Shown: piece after piece, positions 50,660 to 63,272 of the stretch
Layout: each line of letters begins with the position of its first letter
Numbering within the stretch: position 1 is the stretch's first letter
DNA from: Euprymna scolopes
Lineage: Eukaryota
Direction: 5' to 3' (one strand)
Length of the DNA stretch: 64,000 nucleotides
Assembly: GCA_053919585.1 (NCBI GenBank)
Contig: CM132786.1
Program-made: the position numbers and the translations under genes
Notes under the pieces: generated by a model
What the model was told of the DNA's origin: nothing
Seen by the model: the letters and a program-made list of their open reading frames with translations, nothing else
Database searches by the model: none

Positions 50660-53600
50660 CGAGTAATTGCAGAAATAAGAAAAGCCGTCGGATTTTAATC
50701 CGATTAAAATAAACTTTTCACTGGTCGACGGGACTGAAGGTGTAAGAAAAAAAAATCGCTAAGCAGGACAAATAAAGTTTTAACAAGAAAAGGATATGTT
50801 TTTATCGCACAGAGATTAAAAAGACTAGCAAACTTGATATAAAAGCTATAACCTCTCTTTCACAAATAAGTAATTTTTCTTTTTAAAGAAAAAAGATGAA
50901 ACTGTGTAGGATCAACAAGGAATTGAACCCAGTACTTACATATTACGAAAATTGAAAAATGACAAACAAAATCAACTTCTTTATGTCTGAATTCAAACGC
51001 TAAATTATTTTTTTCAGAAAAGTTGCCTCACGAGGAAATAAATATATGAAAGAAAATACAGAAACAAAATGAAGAGAAACAATGGCAATACAGAAACAAA
51101 ACGAAGACAAGAAGATTAATTTGATAAAATATCTCGAAGGAAAATGAGGAAGAGAAAATAAAGAAATGAACGAACAATTATTGAAAATAACATTATGATT
51201 CAATCAAATTGTTCGCGGAAAAACAAGACAGATGGAGGAAAGAAATGAATGAACAATATTGCAATTGAAAAGTAATTACATTTAGATCAACAAAACCAGT
51301 AAGATAAAAATGGATTTGATAACGCAAGTTTTAGGCTAAAAGGTCAGCGGTGAAGACACCAGCACAGTATTTTCCCCCAAATGCGATTTGGTCAGCTGTT
51401 TAAACATTTCACTATGCTTCCTAGGAAGACCTAATGTCTGAGGCATATTTCAGCTATATATGTGAATACCTTTTGCATTGCCGGATCAAAAAAGGTTTGT
51501 TTATTGCTACGGAAGTTAGGTACACCTTAACAAAGCCGTGGACTATACTTTTCCATGAAAAATCAAGGAACTGTCGTTTGCGAAACAGCCAAACTATTAG
51601 TAGAATTATGCTGTCCAAAAAGAAGCATTTTCCATTAAAAAAAGGAAATGCATTAATCTTACACGTAAAGAGAGTCAGGACTATCCGACATTTGCTCTCT
51701 ATAGTTAATAAGCAGTGTGACGATTTCTAATTGTCGTCATAAACAGCAGACAATTCCAAATGCTTAATATTCACACAAGGTGTTATAGATAGAAAAGAGG
51801 CTGATATAAGATGTCGAGCTCTAAATAAAGTTAAATTAGAACCTGATTTGACGCTTCAAATGTAGCTTAACATTGTCAGTGGTCCGTGACAATAAAGCAA
51901 GATTGCCGAAACATATAGGAAGCAGTTATCGCTCACATTTAAATATACGCATCAAAAATAAAGAACACCCGCCAACCAGCAACTACCAACGAAGAGGTAA
52001 AAAAGACGCCTCACAAAATTATCAGTATAGACAAACTACTAGGTCCCCTTGTTGAAAATGATTAGGAACTCATGGGTACAATGTATGTCAGTACCCAAGG
52101 AAAATAGCATGTGCCCTATGAAGGCGAGCAGGGCACAAGGCCTCATATTGCAGAGCAAAAAAAAACAAAAATGACCTACGTAAAACTGCAAAATTGGATC
52201 TTCGCACACAGAGAACATAAGGAAGTAAGTTATGATGAGAATCAGAAATAAAAAGTAAAACTGCTGCTCGCTTCAGGATCGGATTGATCAAGCATAACTT
52301 TTCACACGTAGAAGACAATATGGAAAGGTCACAAAGACGAAAAAAGTCACAAGATCGGTACCTGGTGAAAAAATACAGTTTGCATGTGAGCTAGTTGTTA
52401 ATGTATCACTAAAAAGAACGACAAAAAAGCTAAAAGTGTTAATTCTAAGGAACACAACCAACATATTCGGGAACGATTAGATTCAAGCATTTGAATTATG
52501 AGTTATTTTTGTCGAAAACCTATGGGACTCGCCAATGAGTTATTTTTGTCGAAAACCTATGGTACTCGCCAATGATTGATTTTTCTGTCGAAAACCTAAC
52601 TGGCGAAATCGACAAGCTCCCAAAGAATCACCAAAAATCTTTTCCAAGAGTTTTCTCCGAAAACCTTGGATGCTGCACAAAAATAAAGGCGAGATTCAAA
52701 TTACTGGACGAAGCAAACCCAATATACAAAAAGCAAAGGTACGTACTGTTCGCTTCGATGGAAAAAATCGAAAAAGAATTGGAAAGAATAGGAAAAACTG
52801 GGATTTTAATCCCTATTAACTATAGTCAGCGGGCAGCCCCCACCGTATACGCGAAAAGAATGTAAATAGCTTAGGGTAAGCTCGGACTTCTCGACCGGAT
52901 TGAATGCGGTGCTCATGGATCATTACGACCCGCTACCAAACCTAGACTAATTAATTAATTCAATATAAATTGCGGAGCATATTTTTCCAAAATAGACTTA
53001 AGTGAGGCGTACCCTCAAATAACAGTAGAGGAAGAGAACTTAAATCGGTTTTGTATCTCAACACAAATAGGATTTTTAGAATTCAGTAGATTAGCATTTG
53101 GTAATTGATAATTTGCTTAGCTGTGGTGATTCTGCAATAGGCTTTCTGGACGATATTCTTCTGCGTAGTCAAAATATTGAACAACATAGAGATCATGTAT
53201 TCAAGAGTTTGACAGAATAAAAGACTACGGCTTCACATCGAAGGGAGCCAATTTATTTGAACGAATTAAATACTTTGGGCATACCATAGATAAGGACGGG
53301 AGGACCCCCGATACAGAGAGGCCCCAAACTATAAGAAACATGCCAGAACCTCATAATGTAACTACACTGAGGAGGGTTTTAGTGCTCGTGAAGTATTATC
53401 AAACGTTCATTAAGAACATGCATGGATATTGTATTATTAAAGAGGTGATAAACTGGGCTGGACACCTGAGTGGCTGTGTGCGTTTAGTAAATTAAAATAT
53501 GTATTACCGTCAGATATATCCCTGACTCATTCCTAGCCAAAACAAGATAATACTGTGGCATGTGATGCTAGTTCTTATGAGATCGGGGTGTACCTTATAC

Positions 53601-53900
53601 ACAATATGCCTGATAGGTCCACTAAGTCGATCGCCAATACCTCAAGGACTTTATTTCTTACCCAGAAGCATTACTTCCAAATCGAAAATGGAGCACTGTG
53701 GATAATATTCGGTGTTATAAAATGCCACCAATTTTTACCAGTCGTAAATTTTAAATGCAACCTGACCATAAGCCCCATATAACCATCGTACGCTCTAACC
53801 AAGGTATGGCAACTCACACAACCAACAGACTGCAAAGATAGTGGATCATTCCACTGATTTTTGATTTCAGTATGGAATTTCTGACGGCAGCTTGAATCTC
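50660..53900 (+). mobile_element. Decayed Ty3/Gypsy LTR retrotransposon (gag-PR-RT-RH; integrase missing)
   Basis: AATAAA..CA followed by PBS-like ctggtcgacgg (50721). Gag knuckles PC*K*LGTH...C/CAL*RRAGHKASYC; protease LASGSD; RT FPRVFSENLGCCTK..., DFSTGLN, FSKIDLSEAY, FLDDIL; RNase H ACDASSY.IG. Confidence 0.9.
52498..52598 (+). repeat. 37-bp tandem repeat (2.7 copies) inside Gypsy pol
   Basis: atgagttatttttgtcgaaaacctatgggactcgcca at 52498 and 52535 (1 mismatch), with a partial copy at 52572. Confidence 0.95.
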
Positions 53901-53929
53901 ACTACATCTCTCACTTTGGAATAAATGGA

Positions 53930-55230
53930 AAAAAGTTATTTAGGCGTGCAATGACAGCATCACCTTCTGGAGACATTCTCAGCTGGATGTTAGCTTTTTG
54001 ATGGGACTTTTTCGAGGATATAAAGCGGGCAATGCCTAAAATTAACCATGCTACTGTCAAGTAGTTACCCTTTTCAAACAATGAACGCAGACGCAGATCA
54101 GACATAAGTATGTGGAGGCTATCCCAGTCAGCCATGGAGTATCAATGTACTGTACGATTGAGAGGTACGTTTGAGGACCTATTACTTATCGTTTTTATCT
54201 TAGTTCATACAACAAATTGGCTGGAAGATCCCAGTGAAGACTGAACGGATGACCCACATAGCTCAGGGCAATTGTGAGAACTAGGTCTAGGATACTTGCA
54301 TACTGTCCATAAGTGTTGGGGACACGGTTGGGTTCATGAACAATCTGAGTTAGGTCATACGCAATTAAGAACTCGTGACAGAACCTCCCCTTGTCTTCGG
54401 TGTTTTTTGAGTAGCTTCACCATTCCGCATTGCGAACATTGAAGTCTCCACAAACGTGAATATTTGCTGAGAGTATGCCGACAGGACGTTGTTAATTTTC
54501 TCAGATAGTATTTTAAGAATAGTAAGCCAACTGTTGTAGGGGCGATAGAGTGTAAATATTTACGTGGTAGCGTGAGCAAGGACAACCCGGAAGAACATAT
54601 AGGGTAAAATAAGTTTATCTTTGAAAATTCCCCTGATACATGGAATGCCCGCTTTTCTGTAGGCACATACTCTATGCCCATGCCGAACTTGGAGGGAGAT
54701 CATGTAGTTGATAATGTCTCCTTTTATAACGAACTCATCTAGAGAAATAGTCGGTTGAATGCCAGTGTTGCTTATGAATAATAGGCCAGGGTCAGTCCGT
54801 TATAATAGAGTTTGAACCTGTTGAATCTTGAAACCTAGACCACTTATGTTGGCGAAGTAGAGGTGGTTGTTAGGGTCTTCGGTGGAAGTTGGAGATCAGG
54901 GATTTTTCAATTATTATTTTTTCTGGAAACCTTTGAAGATTGGGATTTGGCATTTGTAGAATAGGTCGACAGACATACTTAGAGCAGGGCGATGAGGAAA
55001 AAAGGGAAAAGGAAACGAATATATTTAAGAGTACATGGTTCAGTAAAGCCGTTACATGTCCCAGAATCAATTAACCAAATGACAATACAGAAGCCCCAGT
55101 ATTTAGCACTTGCTGATAAGACAACCTCCTTATTGGTTAATCCAAGGTTCTGGTCCATGAATATCAGGAGGATGATATCAGTCCAGTTGAAACGTTTACT
55201 TACATCACTCTTACTTGTGATATAGCTAGG
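53930..55230 (-). pseudogene. Decayed LINE (Jockey/I-like) reverse transcriptase
   Basis: Minus strand: QVR.G...KAGIP (resembles GVPQGS), KYP..(resembles KYLG), LILGIARFISSKKSHQKANI (post-RT LH motif). Confidence 0.5.
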
Positions 55231-55351
55231 ATTTTCAAAGTTAACAATTTAGTGATTTTAGATAAATGATTCGATTGTTATGCTTCAAGGTTTTCAAGAA
55301 GTAGTGCGTTTAAGGATGGTTAATATTTTATTTGAAACTGCGTGTGTTATC

Positions 55352-55393
<42 letters not shown>

Positions 55394-55432
55394 TCTTTAT
55401 ATTATAGGACTGTTGAGAAGATGAATAAGTAT

Positions 55433-55492
<60 letters not shown>

Positions 55493-56537
55493 TTAAACAC
55501 GCACATTACGCCTACTTTATATCATTTGGAGTGTTCGAATAGTGTTTCACCAATTGACTTTTATTTGGTCCATCTAGGTACGTGCTCAGCCTTCGGAAAC
55601 ACACTCTCAACATGATTTTTACATAGAGAAACTTAATTAAACAACTCTAAAACATAATGTCTATTCTTTAAGGCATACCAGGTTTTAAATCTGAAATAAT
55701 TGTCAGTTCTATTCACTGTTCGCCAGGCTTTAGTATGAGAGTTTCAAATTGTAGAAGATTCTACAACTGAACTTACTTGTGATAATATAACTGGTTGTAT
55801 TATAATATTCGGCAAAATGACTGATAGAGAGAAAAGATACGTTTCTTAAAATTGGAAGTTCATCGCTTAAAATCTTGTGAGAGTACTACGCAAAATAGGA
55901 CCAAAATTCAGATTATCTCAAATTTACGAAATTACATATCGGCATATCAACTAGAAGTAATATCATTTGTATTCCTAAAGCCTTTTAGTATCATGATGTG
56001 GCAAGAGTGTTTTTTTGGTTATATTTACAGTATTTAATTATTTTAAATTACATATATTTATACATATAAGTCAACAAAAGTTTAATCATTTCTAATGTTG
56101 CAGTGTTGAAGATAATAGAGTTGCTTTCGAAAGATAAAGATGTATTGAGCATATGGTAATTTTACTAATCTTCTAAAGAAATAATGTTTTAAATGGGGAA
56201 TAAATAAGATAAGCGTGATACAGCTTAACACAAAAGAGTTCGTAAACCTAATGCCTATCATTTTACAGTGGAAGCGACAACATAAGTTATTGATCAGTCG
56301 TGCGGAAGACCGGGTTTGTCAATGATTGATCATTGATCTCCGTTCTGGAATAAGTCCAGTTTTGTCTGATTTCTCACTAAGTTAGCATCACGCAAATATA
56401 AGTATATTATATCAAATGGGTTGGAGATGAAGCGATTAGTTCCGCGACGCTCTTTCTAAGATAATTTTTTAATAGTATAGAGTAATCTGTACATATCAGT
56501 TATGTTATATTTAATTTAGTGTAGACTCTCTCTCTCG

Positions 56538-56595
<58 letters not shown>

Positions 56596-56649
56596 GTATA
56601 CACACACACACATATATATAAATGCATACATATACACCCACACATATAT

Positions 56650-57211
56650 AAGATGCCCCAATAAAATATATAACTCTTTAAATTATATAAACGTACTACA
56701 TGAAAACGCTATGCCACGTTCACAATGGATCTTAAGAAATACAGAATAACACTTCCAACAGTATTGAGCTCTTCCATAATATTATCATGTCATCAGAACA
56801 TATATTGATATTCACCTGCGAAAAAGATAGGTAGGACGAAGAGGAAGTATCAAGCACTGCCCACTCTCACAAGATTTGACCGTCTACCTATGTTTTTTTT
56901 CTTTTTTGGGTGGGGCATGTTAAACAAAGAGTTCACACTACGAAACAAGCTACAACGAATAAGTTAAAACAAACGTTAAGTGTAAATGCCCCAACATTCC
57001 AATTAGACTGCTTAGAAATGTTTTCGATTCAATCGTTAAACGTTGCAAGCTGTCCATCAACCAGACTGGCAAACAATTTGAGCAATGTCGATGATTAACT
57101 GGTTTCCATATTTGTATATAGTGTTTTAATGTATGAAAATGGTCTTTCTTATAATAAATTTTAGTTTTATGGTCATTTAATGAGTGCATACATTTTATCA
57201 GAGCACCATGT
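56650..57211 (+). mobile_element. Internally deleted DD41D-type Tc1/mariner remnant
   Basis: HFQQY*AL...VGRRGSI..C...QDLT...GHVKQRVH..LRNVFDSIVKRCKLSINQTGKQFEQ. Degenerate TIRs in TA context. Confidence 0.65.
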
Positions 57212-57360
57212 ATATANNNNNNNNNNNNNNNNNNNNNNNNNNNNNNNNNNNNNNNNNNNNNNNNNNNNNNNNNNNNNNNNNNNNNNNNNNNNNNNNNNNN
57301 NNNNNNNNNNNNNNNNNNNNNNNNNNNNNNNNNNNNNNNNNNNNNNNNNNNNNNNATATC

Positions 57361-58977
57361 CACTTGTGCCCGATATTATTCATACCCCCCCTTGAAAATT
57401 GAGTTTATTAGGTGTCACTTTGTAAGAATTTATTGTTTACGTCCATATTGATACATATTCTTAATAAACCTCTTCTGATCATTTTCGTCATTTTAAAATC
57501 TCGGGATACTTGTAATAAAAGAAATATACAGCTATTTATAAAATCTGCAATGTTCAAAAATAATCATACCCCCTTATTTTTTCAGTATTAATCGAGTTTC
57601 TGACTGTTTGTTTCCTGTTTGATTCTTATTTTGAATGCTTTTATACAACCTTTGATTAATTTCATTTCGTTTTTTGCATTTTTCAGAAATTAAAATGATA
57701 TGAACTGAAAACCAATAAAAGAATAAAAATTATTAGAATGGGGAAGAAAAAAGAGCTTAGTAATGATCTTAGGACTAAAATTGTGAATTCACATAAGGAT
57801 GGTTTAGATTACAAGTCAATTTCCAAGAAATTTGAGGTCCCTACAGAAACAGTACAGAGCATCATCAAAAAATTCCAGAGCCACCACACAGCAAACAACT
57901 TGATTGGTAGAGAAAGGAAAAGGAAACTGTCTGCTAGAGCCACCAGGAATATTGTAAGAAGTGTTAATGCAAATCCAACCACCACTACTAAGGACATTTT
58001 AGAAAATCTGGAGTCTTCTGGCATAAAAATATCAAGGCAAACATTGCAAAGGACTCTGCATGAAAATGGTCTGAAAGGAAGAAGACCAAGAAGGACTCCA
58101 TTGCACACCGGAAAACACCTTGCAGCACGTCTAAAGTTTGCTAGGACCCATGTGAATTCTCCAGAGTCCGTTTTCTCAAGTATTTTGTGGACTGACGAAA
58201 CAAAAATTGAATTGTTTGGCCATATGGATGCTTCTTACGTTTTGAGGAAGAAAGGAGAAGCTTACAACCCAAAGAACACCATACCCACGGTGAAACATGG
58301 TGGTGATAGCCTAATGTTTTGGGGCTCCTTTTCGGCTAGTGGTCCAGGTAGTTTGGTCAAGATAGATGGAACCATGAAGAAGGAGCAATATTTGGAGATA
58401 CCCCAGAAAAAGATTAGACAGGATGCGGAGAAGCTCCATTTAGGACCAAACTGGGTCCTTCAACAGGATAATGATCCAAAACATACTGCCAAAATAGTCA
58501 AGAAATGGTTTTAGAATAATCAATTTAATGTTTTAGAATGGCCTAGCCAGAGTCCCGACCTGAACCCTATCGAAAACCTCTGGCACATATTGGAAACTGA
58601 GGTTAAAAAGCGGAAACCTAGAAATTTGAGGGATTTGGAGAACTACTGCATTGAAGAATGGTCAAAAATCAGTGTTGATGCTTGTAAAAACCTTGTTGAT
58701 AAATATCCAAAACGGTTACAGGCAGTTATTAAGAATAAAAGGCATGCTATTGACTATTAGTAAGAGAGGTATGAATAATTTTGAACTAGTGCCATTATTG
58801 TTTTTCTTTGTATAATGTTTCAAACTTGCATAATTTATTTATTTGTTGAGTTTAAATTAAATGCGTATGCTTGATTTATTGTTTGAAATCCCTTTAATAT
58901 TGTCTACCTTCTGGTTTGAGCAATATTCTTATAGAAATCTCAAAGATCCGAGGGGTATGAATAATATCGGGCACAAG
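57361..58977 (+). mobile_element. Young Tc1 (DD34E) transposon, Sleeping Beauty/Frog Prince-like
   Basis: Perfect 26-bp TIR cttgtgcccgatattattcatacccc (57363-57388 / 58952-58977; the right tip is in a gap). Inner repeats at 57552-57572 and 58766-58786. Confidence 0.97.
57738..58760 (+). pseudogene. Tc1 transposase, 340 codons, single in-frame TAG at 58512-58514
   Basis: Paired-like HTH, WTDETKIELFG, TVKHGG, QQDNDPKH. Reading through the stop gives [23 protein letters not shown]...[17 protein letters not shown]. Spacing is D-34-E. Confidence 0.97.
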
Positions 58978-60829
58978 NNNNNNNNNNNNNNNNNNNNNNN
59001 NNNNNNNNNNNNNNNNNNNNNNNNNNNNNNNNNNNNNNNNNNNNNNNNNNNNNNNNNNNNNNNNNNNNNNNNNNNNNNNNNNNNNNNNNNNNNNNNNNNN
59101 NNNNNNNNNNNNNNNNNNNNNNNNNNNNGAGAAGTAAAGGTGTCAGCAGTCGATCGTTTGTGTGTGTGAACGAGACATGTTTATGTGTGTTATAGTAAAT
59201 GTATTTTGTATGTATTCCTTTTATATGAAACAATATACAACAGGTAATAATACATATTCCTGTTTTTGATATGTTTGTTATATATTATACCTTTTTCTAT
59301 AAATCGTGTTTTCTGATGCTGAATTATTTAATCTGATTTAACTCATTTATCACACATGTATACGTTCAATCTACTAGTTGACAGTTTGATTCAAATTAAT
59401 GTAGAATAATTCCATCATAATCTGATAACATTGTATTCTTCCCCATGCTTTTAAATATATCGACTTATCATATATTTAATTTTCTTTAATCTTGAGCTTA
59501 GTTAATAATTGATATTTGTATTAAGAATACGTATATATTAGAATTAAATATAATAGAAAGCAGGTTTTCAGCCAACGAAACATCAAAATCAAAATATTAC
59601 AAATAAGATCATGAAAGATATCGTTGTTCGAAAATTCATGCTGACGTGGATAAACTAGACATTGCTTTAATAAAACTTAGATGTGGATCAATATTCGGCC
59701 ACGTTTATTTTTCATCCCAGTGGATGTAACTATAAATCTGTTTTTTTTCTGATGAATTTCGTTCTTGACTTTCGCGCTTGTTGCGCCAAACACCAATTGT
59801 GCAGATCCAGTTTGTATGTACACGATAATCAATAACCAGTTTTAGTGTGTGTAGTAACATATACTCAATTGTCGTTCAGATTTCTTTCTAACATGCATTA
59901 TTAAAACATGTGAAAAACCATATTCTTCATATAAATTAGGTATAATAATAACGGTGCATTACTATCTCTACCTCTTAAAATCGCGTAAGTGTCTACATTC
60001 ACTTGTTTCAAGACAACACAGTTCAGCTCAACTGGACGATTGAGATCTCCATCAGTATCATAAGCATATGACGTATAAACTTTAATTTCAGACAGATCAT
60101 TTTTTACAATGCTCCGTATAATAAATGGTAAACTATTAGTGTGTTTCTGTAAGCAATATGTGTACCAGAAATATTAGATAAATAATTAACCTATGATTGT
60201 TCTTATTTTCTTGTCGACTATTATTATGAATGTAACTATTTCCAACGTTTTTTAAACCTAGTATAATAAAGTAATTTATGCAAATAGAGCTAGATTTGTA
60301 AAACAAGAGAAAATTGTTCACATAATTTAAATTGTAAATTAACATGAATTTTTTTTTATCCGAAAATCCAAAAGATTTGAAATAACGATCAAACCGCATG
60401 CACACTTGCACAGCGCTTCACCTCCTTTCTTGATGCTTGCCGGCATAATCACCATGGACAAAATTTGACGCGGTAGAATCGTTTCCTCTGAAAAAGCTCA
60501 CCGAATATCTTAGCGCTAAGAGAAACTCACTTGCGGTCCTCCGTCCCTGTTTTTCTATTTTACATGTCTGATTATCTTACATTTGTCGTAAGGATTTTGA
60601 CATACACATACACGGACTTGGAGTATATATTCGTAACACTCGCCTATAACCAGGCCGTCATGTGCTTTAGAGTAATTTTAAATAATGATGTAAAGTAACT
60701 ATATTTTTCTCTCTTTCTTTTGAACAAAAACGTAACTCTAATCAATCCCGACTCTTACCCCATAGATATAACACTCTCATTAGAAACTTCCGACCAAATA
60801 AATGTAATTTGTTTGCCATAATATTTACA

Positions 60830-61870
60830 ACAGTATGAGGACCGGCTTCTCGTACTACACTGACCCAGGTTGTAGCACTAACCTTCACGACTTGTCTTCC
60901 AGATGGTAAGGCCATGCAAGCATTTCTTTAGTACATATTTCTCACCACAGTTCTAAGGGAGTGTGTTACAAATACCAATTAATCTCTGGGGATTTATGAT
61001 GGCGCTGTGATAATAAGAGACCTCACTCTAAACTATCGACCAGAAATTGAAAAGGCTCTGCTTAAAACGACAAGATCCAAAAATAAGGCTAATTTAGATG
61101 CCATCCGGGAGTAGGTCAGAGATGCTCCATTGAAAACAATACTTTCTCTTCTCGCTGAATAGTGCCAAAATGATACCACTACAGGTTAACAGTGAGAATT
61201 TAAGCTCCTGTTCCCAGATGTAAGTGCTATAGCATATACCATTTCCCCACAATGGGGTACTTCAAATTGTGCAACTTTTCATTCTCAAAGGCAACAAGTA
61301 TACACCAGATTAATCCGACATACATTCAGTACAAATAGACAAAAGTTTATTGAATCTAAAATCATCAGTAGAAGAAAATAGCCGCAGCCAAGGGTAAATA
61401 CACTTAAAAAGGAGAAATAAGGAACTCGTAACACCTGGAAAATGTATAAAATATGCTAAATGATAAGCAACCAACAATGCTCCCATAATCAAACAATGTT
61501 CAATTCTTTGCAAGGCAAACAAGAAGAGGCATCTACTCTCTAGTTAGTTTGCTTAAAACTTTACTTTGGGCCCAACAACCAACTCCCTTCCAGACTTTCT
61601 TATACGGGAAGAAACGACACTCGATTATCTGAAAATCCCACATTCTCAAGTGCATAGAATCCTAAAAAAAATGCATATCTAAAAGCATGCACACTTGATC
61701 TCGTCCTGGCTGCACTATTAAAATGAGCTCGCCCGAAATTGTTCTAATTTTTCAAAACTTTATCAACAGATATCCTTAACGAATCTTGTTTTCCTTACTG
61801 CCGGAAATTGCTTCTGCGGTAACACATTACATGAATTCTGGCGAAATAATCAGCCAATTCAAGTATTTCC
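60830..61870 (+). pseudogene. Decayed CR1-like LINE ORF2 (endonuclease-RT linker)
   Basis: LKMSSPEIVLIF.KLY...LNESCFPYCRK, which resembles the CR1 motif 'CSPEL..L.KLF..CL.ESCFP.CWK'. It stops just before the Helitron. Confidence 0.55.
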
Positions 61871-62145
61871 CTATTAGTATCATCACTTCATTAGCTTAAA
61901 TGTTTGAGTATATCTCTACAATTATATAAATGTGACTTTGCCTGTGTGTGTATGTGTTCGTTCGTTATGGATTTAAAAACCCTTGCACGTCCGTTTATGA
62001 AATTTTACACATAGGTTCTCAGTGTGTCTGGGTGTGTTTACGGGTACCTATTGCATCGGAAAGCTTTCCTAAATCACCATCAACTACTATTAACAATGCT
62101 TTTATTTATTTGCTATTTCCGATTTGATCGGCCATTTCTCCAATT

Positions 62146-62160
62146 CGTTGCCTAGCAACG
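62146..62160. promoter_or_regulatory. RFX X-box motif (copy 1)
   Basis: CGTTGCCTAGCAACG fits GTNRCC-N0-3-RGYAAC. Function is untested. Confidence 0.5.
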
Positions 62161-62418
62161 GCGAGCAACGGCGACCAACGCTACTGCTACTGATGCAACT
62201 ATTACTGATACTCGCTGCCGACGCCCGCACACACGCTCGCACGGCTACTACTACAACTGCTCCTACTAATACTGCTACTCGCTGCCGGCGCACAGGCACG
62301 GCTACTTAACCCTTCTACGTTATGGAATTGTTGCTACTAGAACTGAGCCTACTAATACTGCTACTCGCTGCCGACGCACACATTTACATTTAACAAATTC
62401 GAGCAGACGGTAACTTTT

Positions 62419-62433
62419 CGTTGCCTAGCAACG
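62419..62433. promoter_or_regulatory. RFX X-box motif (copy 2)
   Basis: Identical CGTTGCCTAGCAACG in the second unit. Confidence 0.5.
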
Positions 62434-62822
62434 GCGAGCAACGGCGACCAACGCTACTGCTACTGATGCTACTATTACTGATACTCACTGCCGACGCCCG
62501 CACACACGCTCGCACGGCTACTACTACAACTGCTCCTACTAATACTGCTACTCGCTGCCGGCGCACAGGCACGGCTACTTAACCCTTCTACGTTATGGAA
62601 TAGTTGCTACTAGAACTGAGCCTACTAATACTGCTACTCGCTGCCGACGCACACATTTATATTTAACAAATTCGAGCAGACGGTAACTTACATTTTTTTC
62701 TAATTCAAACAAACAAAAAATTCATAACAACAATAATACAACATTGTTTATTTTTACATTTACATTACTTATGCATTTAGAAAGCATTTCTCAATATTAT
62801 TACTTTTCGCATTTAATCTTCT

Positions 62823-63180
62823 CATACTTTTATACATATTTATTATATCTTCAATTTTTGACACCTAATGTAGAGGTTTTCAAAACTTTACATTTTAATC
62901 CCAATATTTCTACGTTGATGTAACGGGGACTTTACAAATACTGATTGCCTTTTTCCTGGACATCCATTTTTTTCATTTGATTTTACACCATACATTTATA
63001 TATATTTATACATATTTATTGTACCTTCAAATTCATTTATTTCACGTATATCTTACTTTTTTTTATTTATATAAATATAGAGGTTTTTCCAACTGTACAT
63101 TTTAATCCCAATATTTCTACTTTGATGTATTGGGGAAATTACACATACTGATTGCCTTTATTTTTATTTTATTTTATACC
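62823..63180 (+). repeat. Older ~200-bp-period direct repeat in the Helitron leader
   Basis: tagaggtttt..tacattttaatcccaatatttctac.ttgatgta..gggga..ttaca.atactgattgccttt at 62871 and 63078. Confidence 0.85.
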
Positions 63181-63272
63181 ATACACACTACCTAAATATT
63201 GACTCTTTCAACAATTGTTTCGGCAGCATTCCATTTCAATTCCACACACACCCGCAGAGTAATTTCGCAACA

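Larger units (their letters stand above)
62144..62689 (+). repeat. Two tandem 273-bp units (62144-62416, 62417-62689)
   Basis: Only 4 substitutions seen between the units. Each unit contains the sub-repeat cctactaatactgctactcgctgccg twice. Confidence 0.97.

Noticed and set aside
52498-52598. 37-bp repeats as a CRISPR array
   Set aside because: Contiguous with no spacers, inside Gypsy pol, in a eukaryotic context.
58512-58514. TAG as programmed readthrough or an alternative genetic code
   Set aside because: The same ORF ends in TAG and has other point lesions; a simple nonsense mutation explains it.
59300-60820. Decayed coding-like minus-strand sequence, possibly a piggyBac C-terminus
   Set aside because: Motifs are too weak to assign a family.
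62102-62572. Duplicated small ORFs (MPVRRQRV...)
   Set aside because: By-products of the low-complexity 273-bp repeat; no coding evidence.
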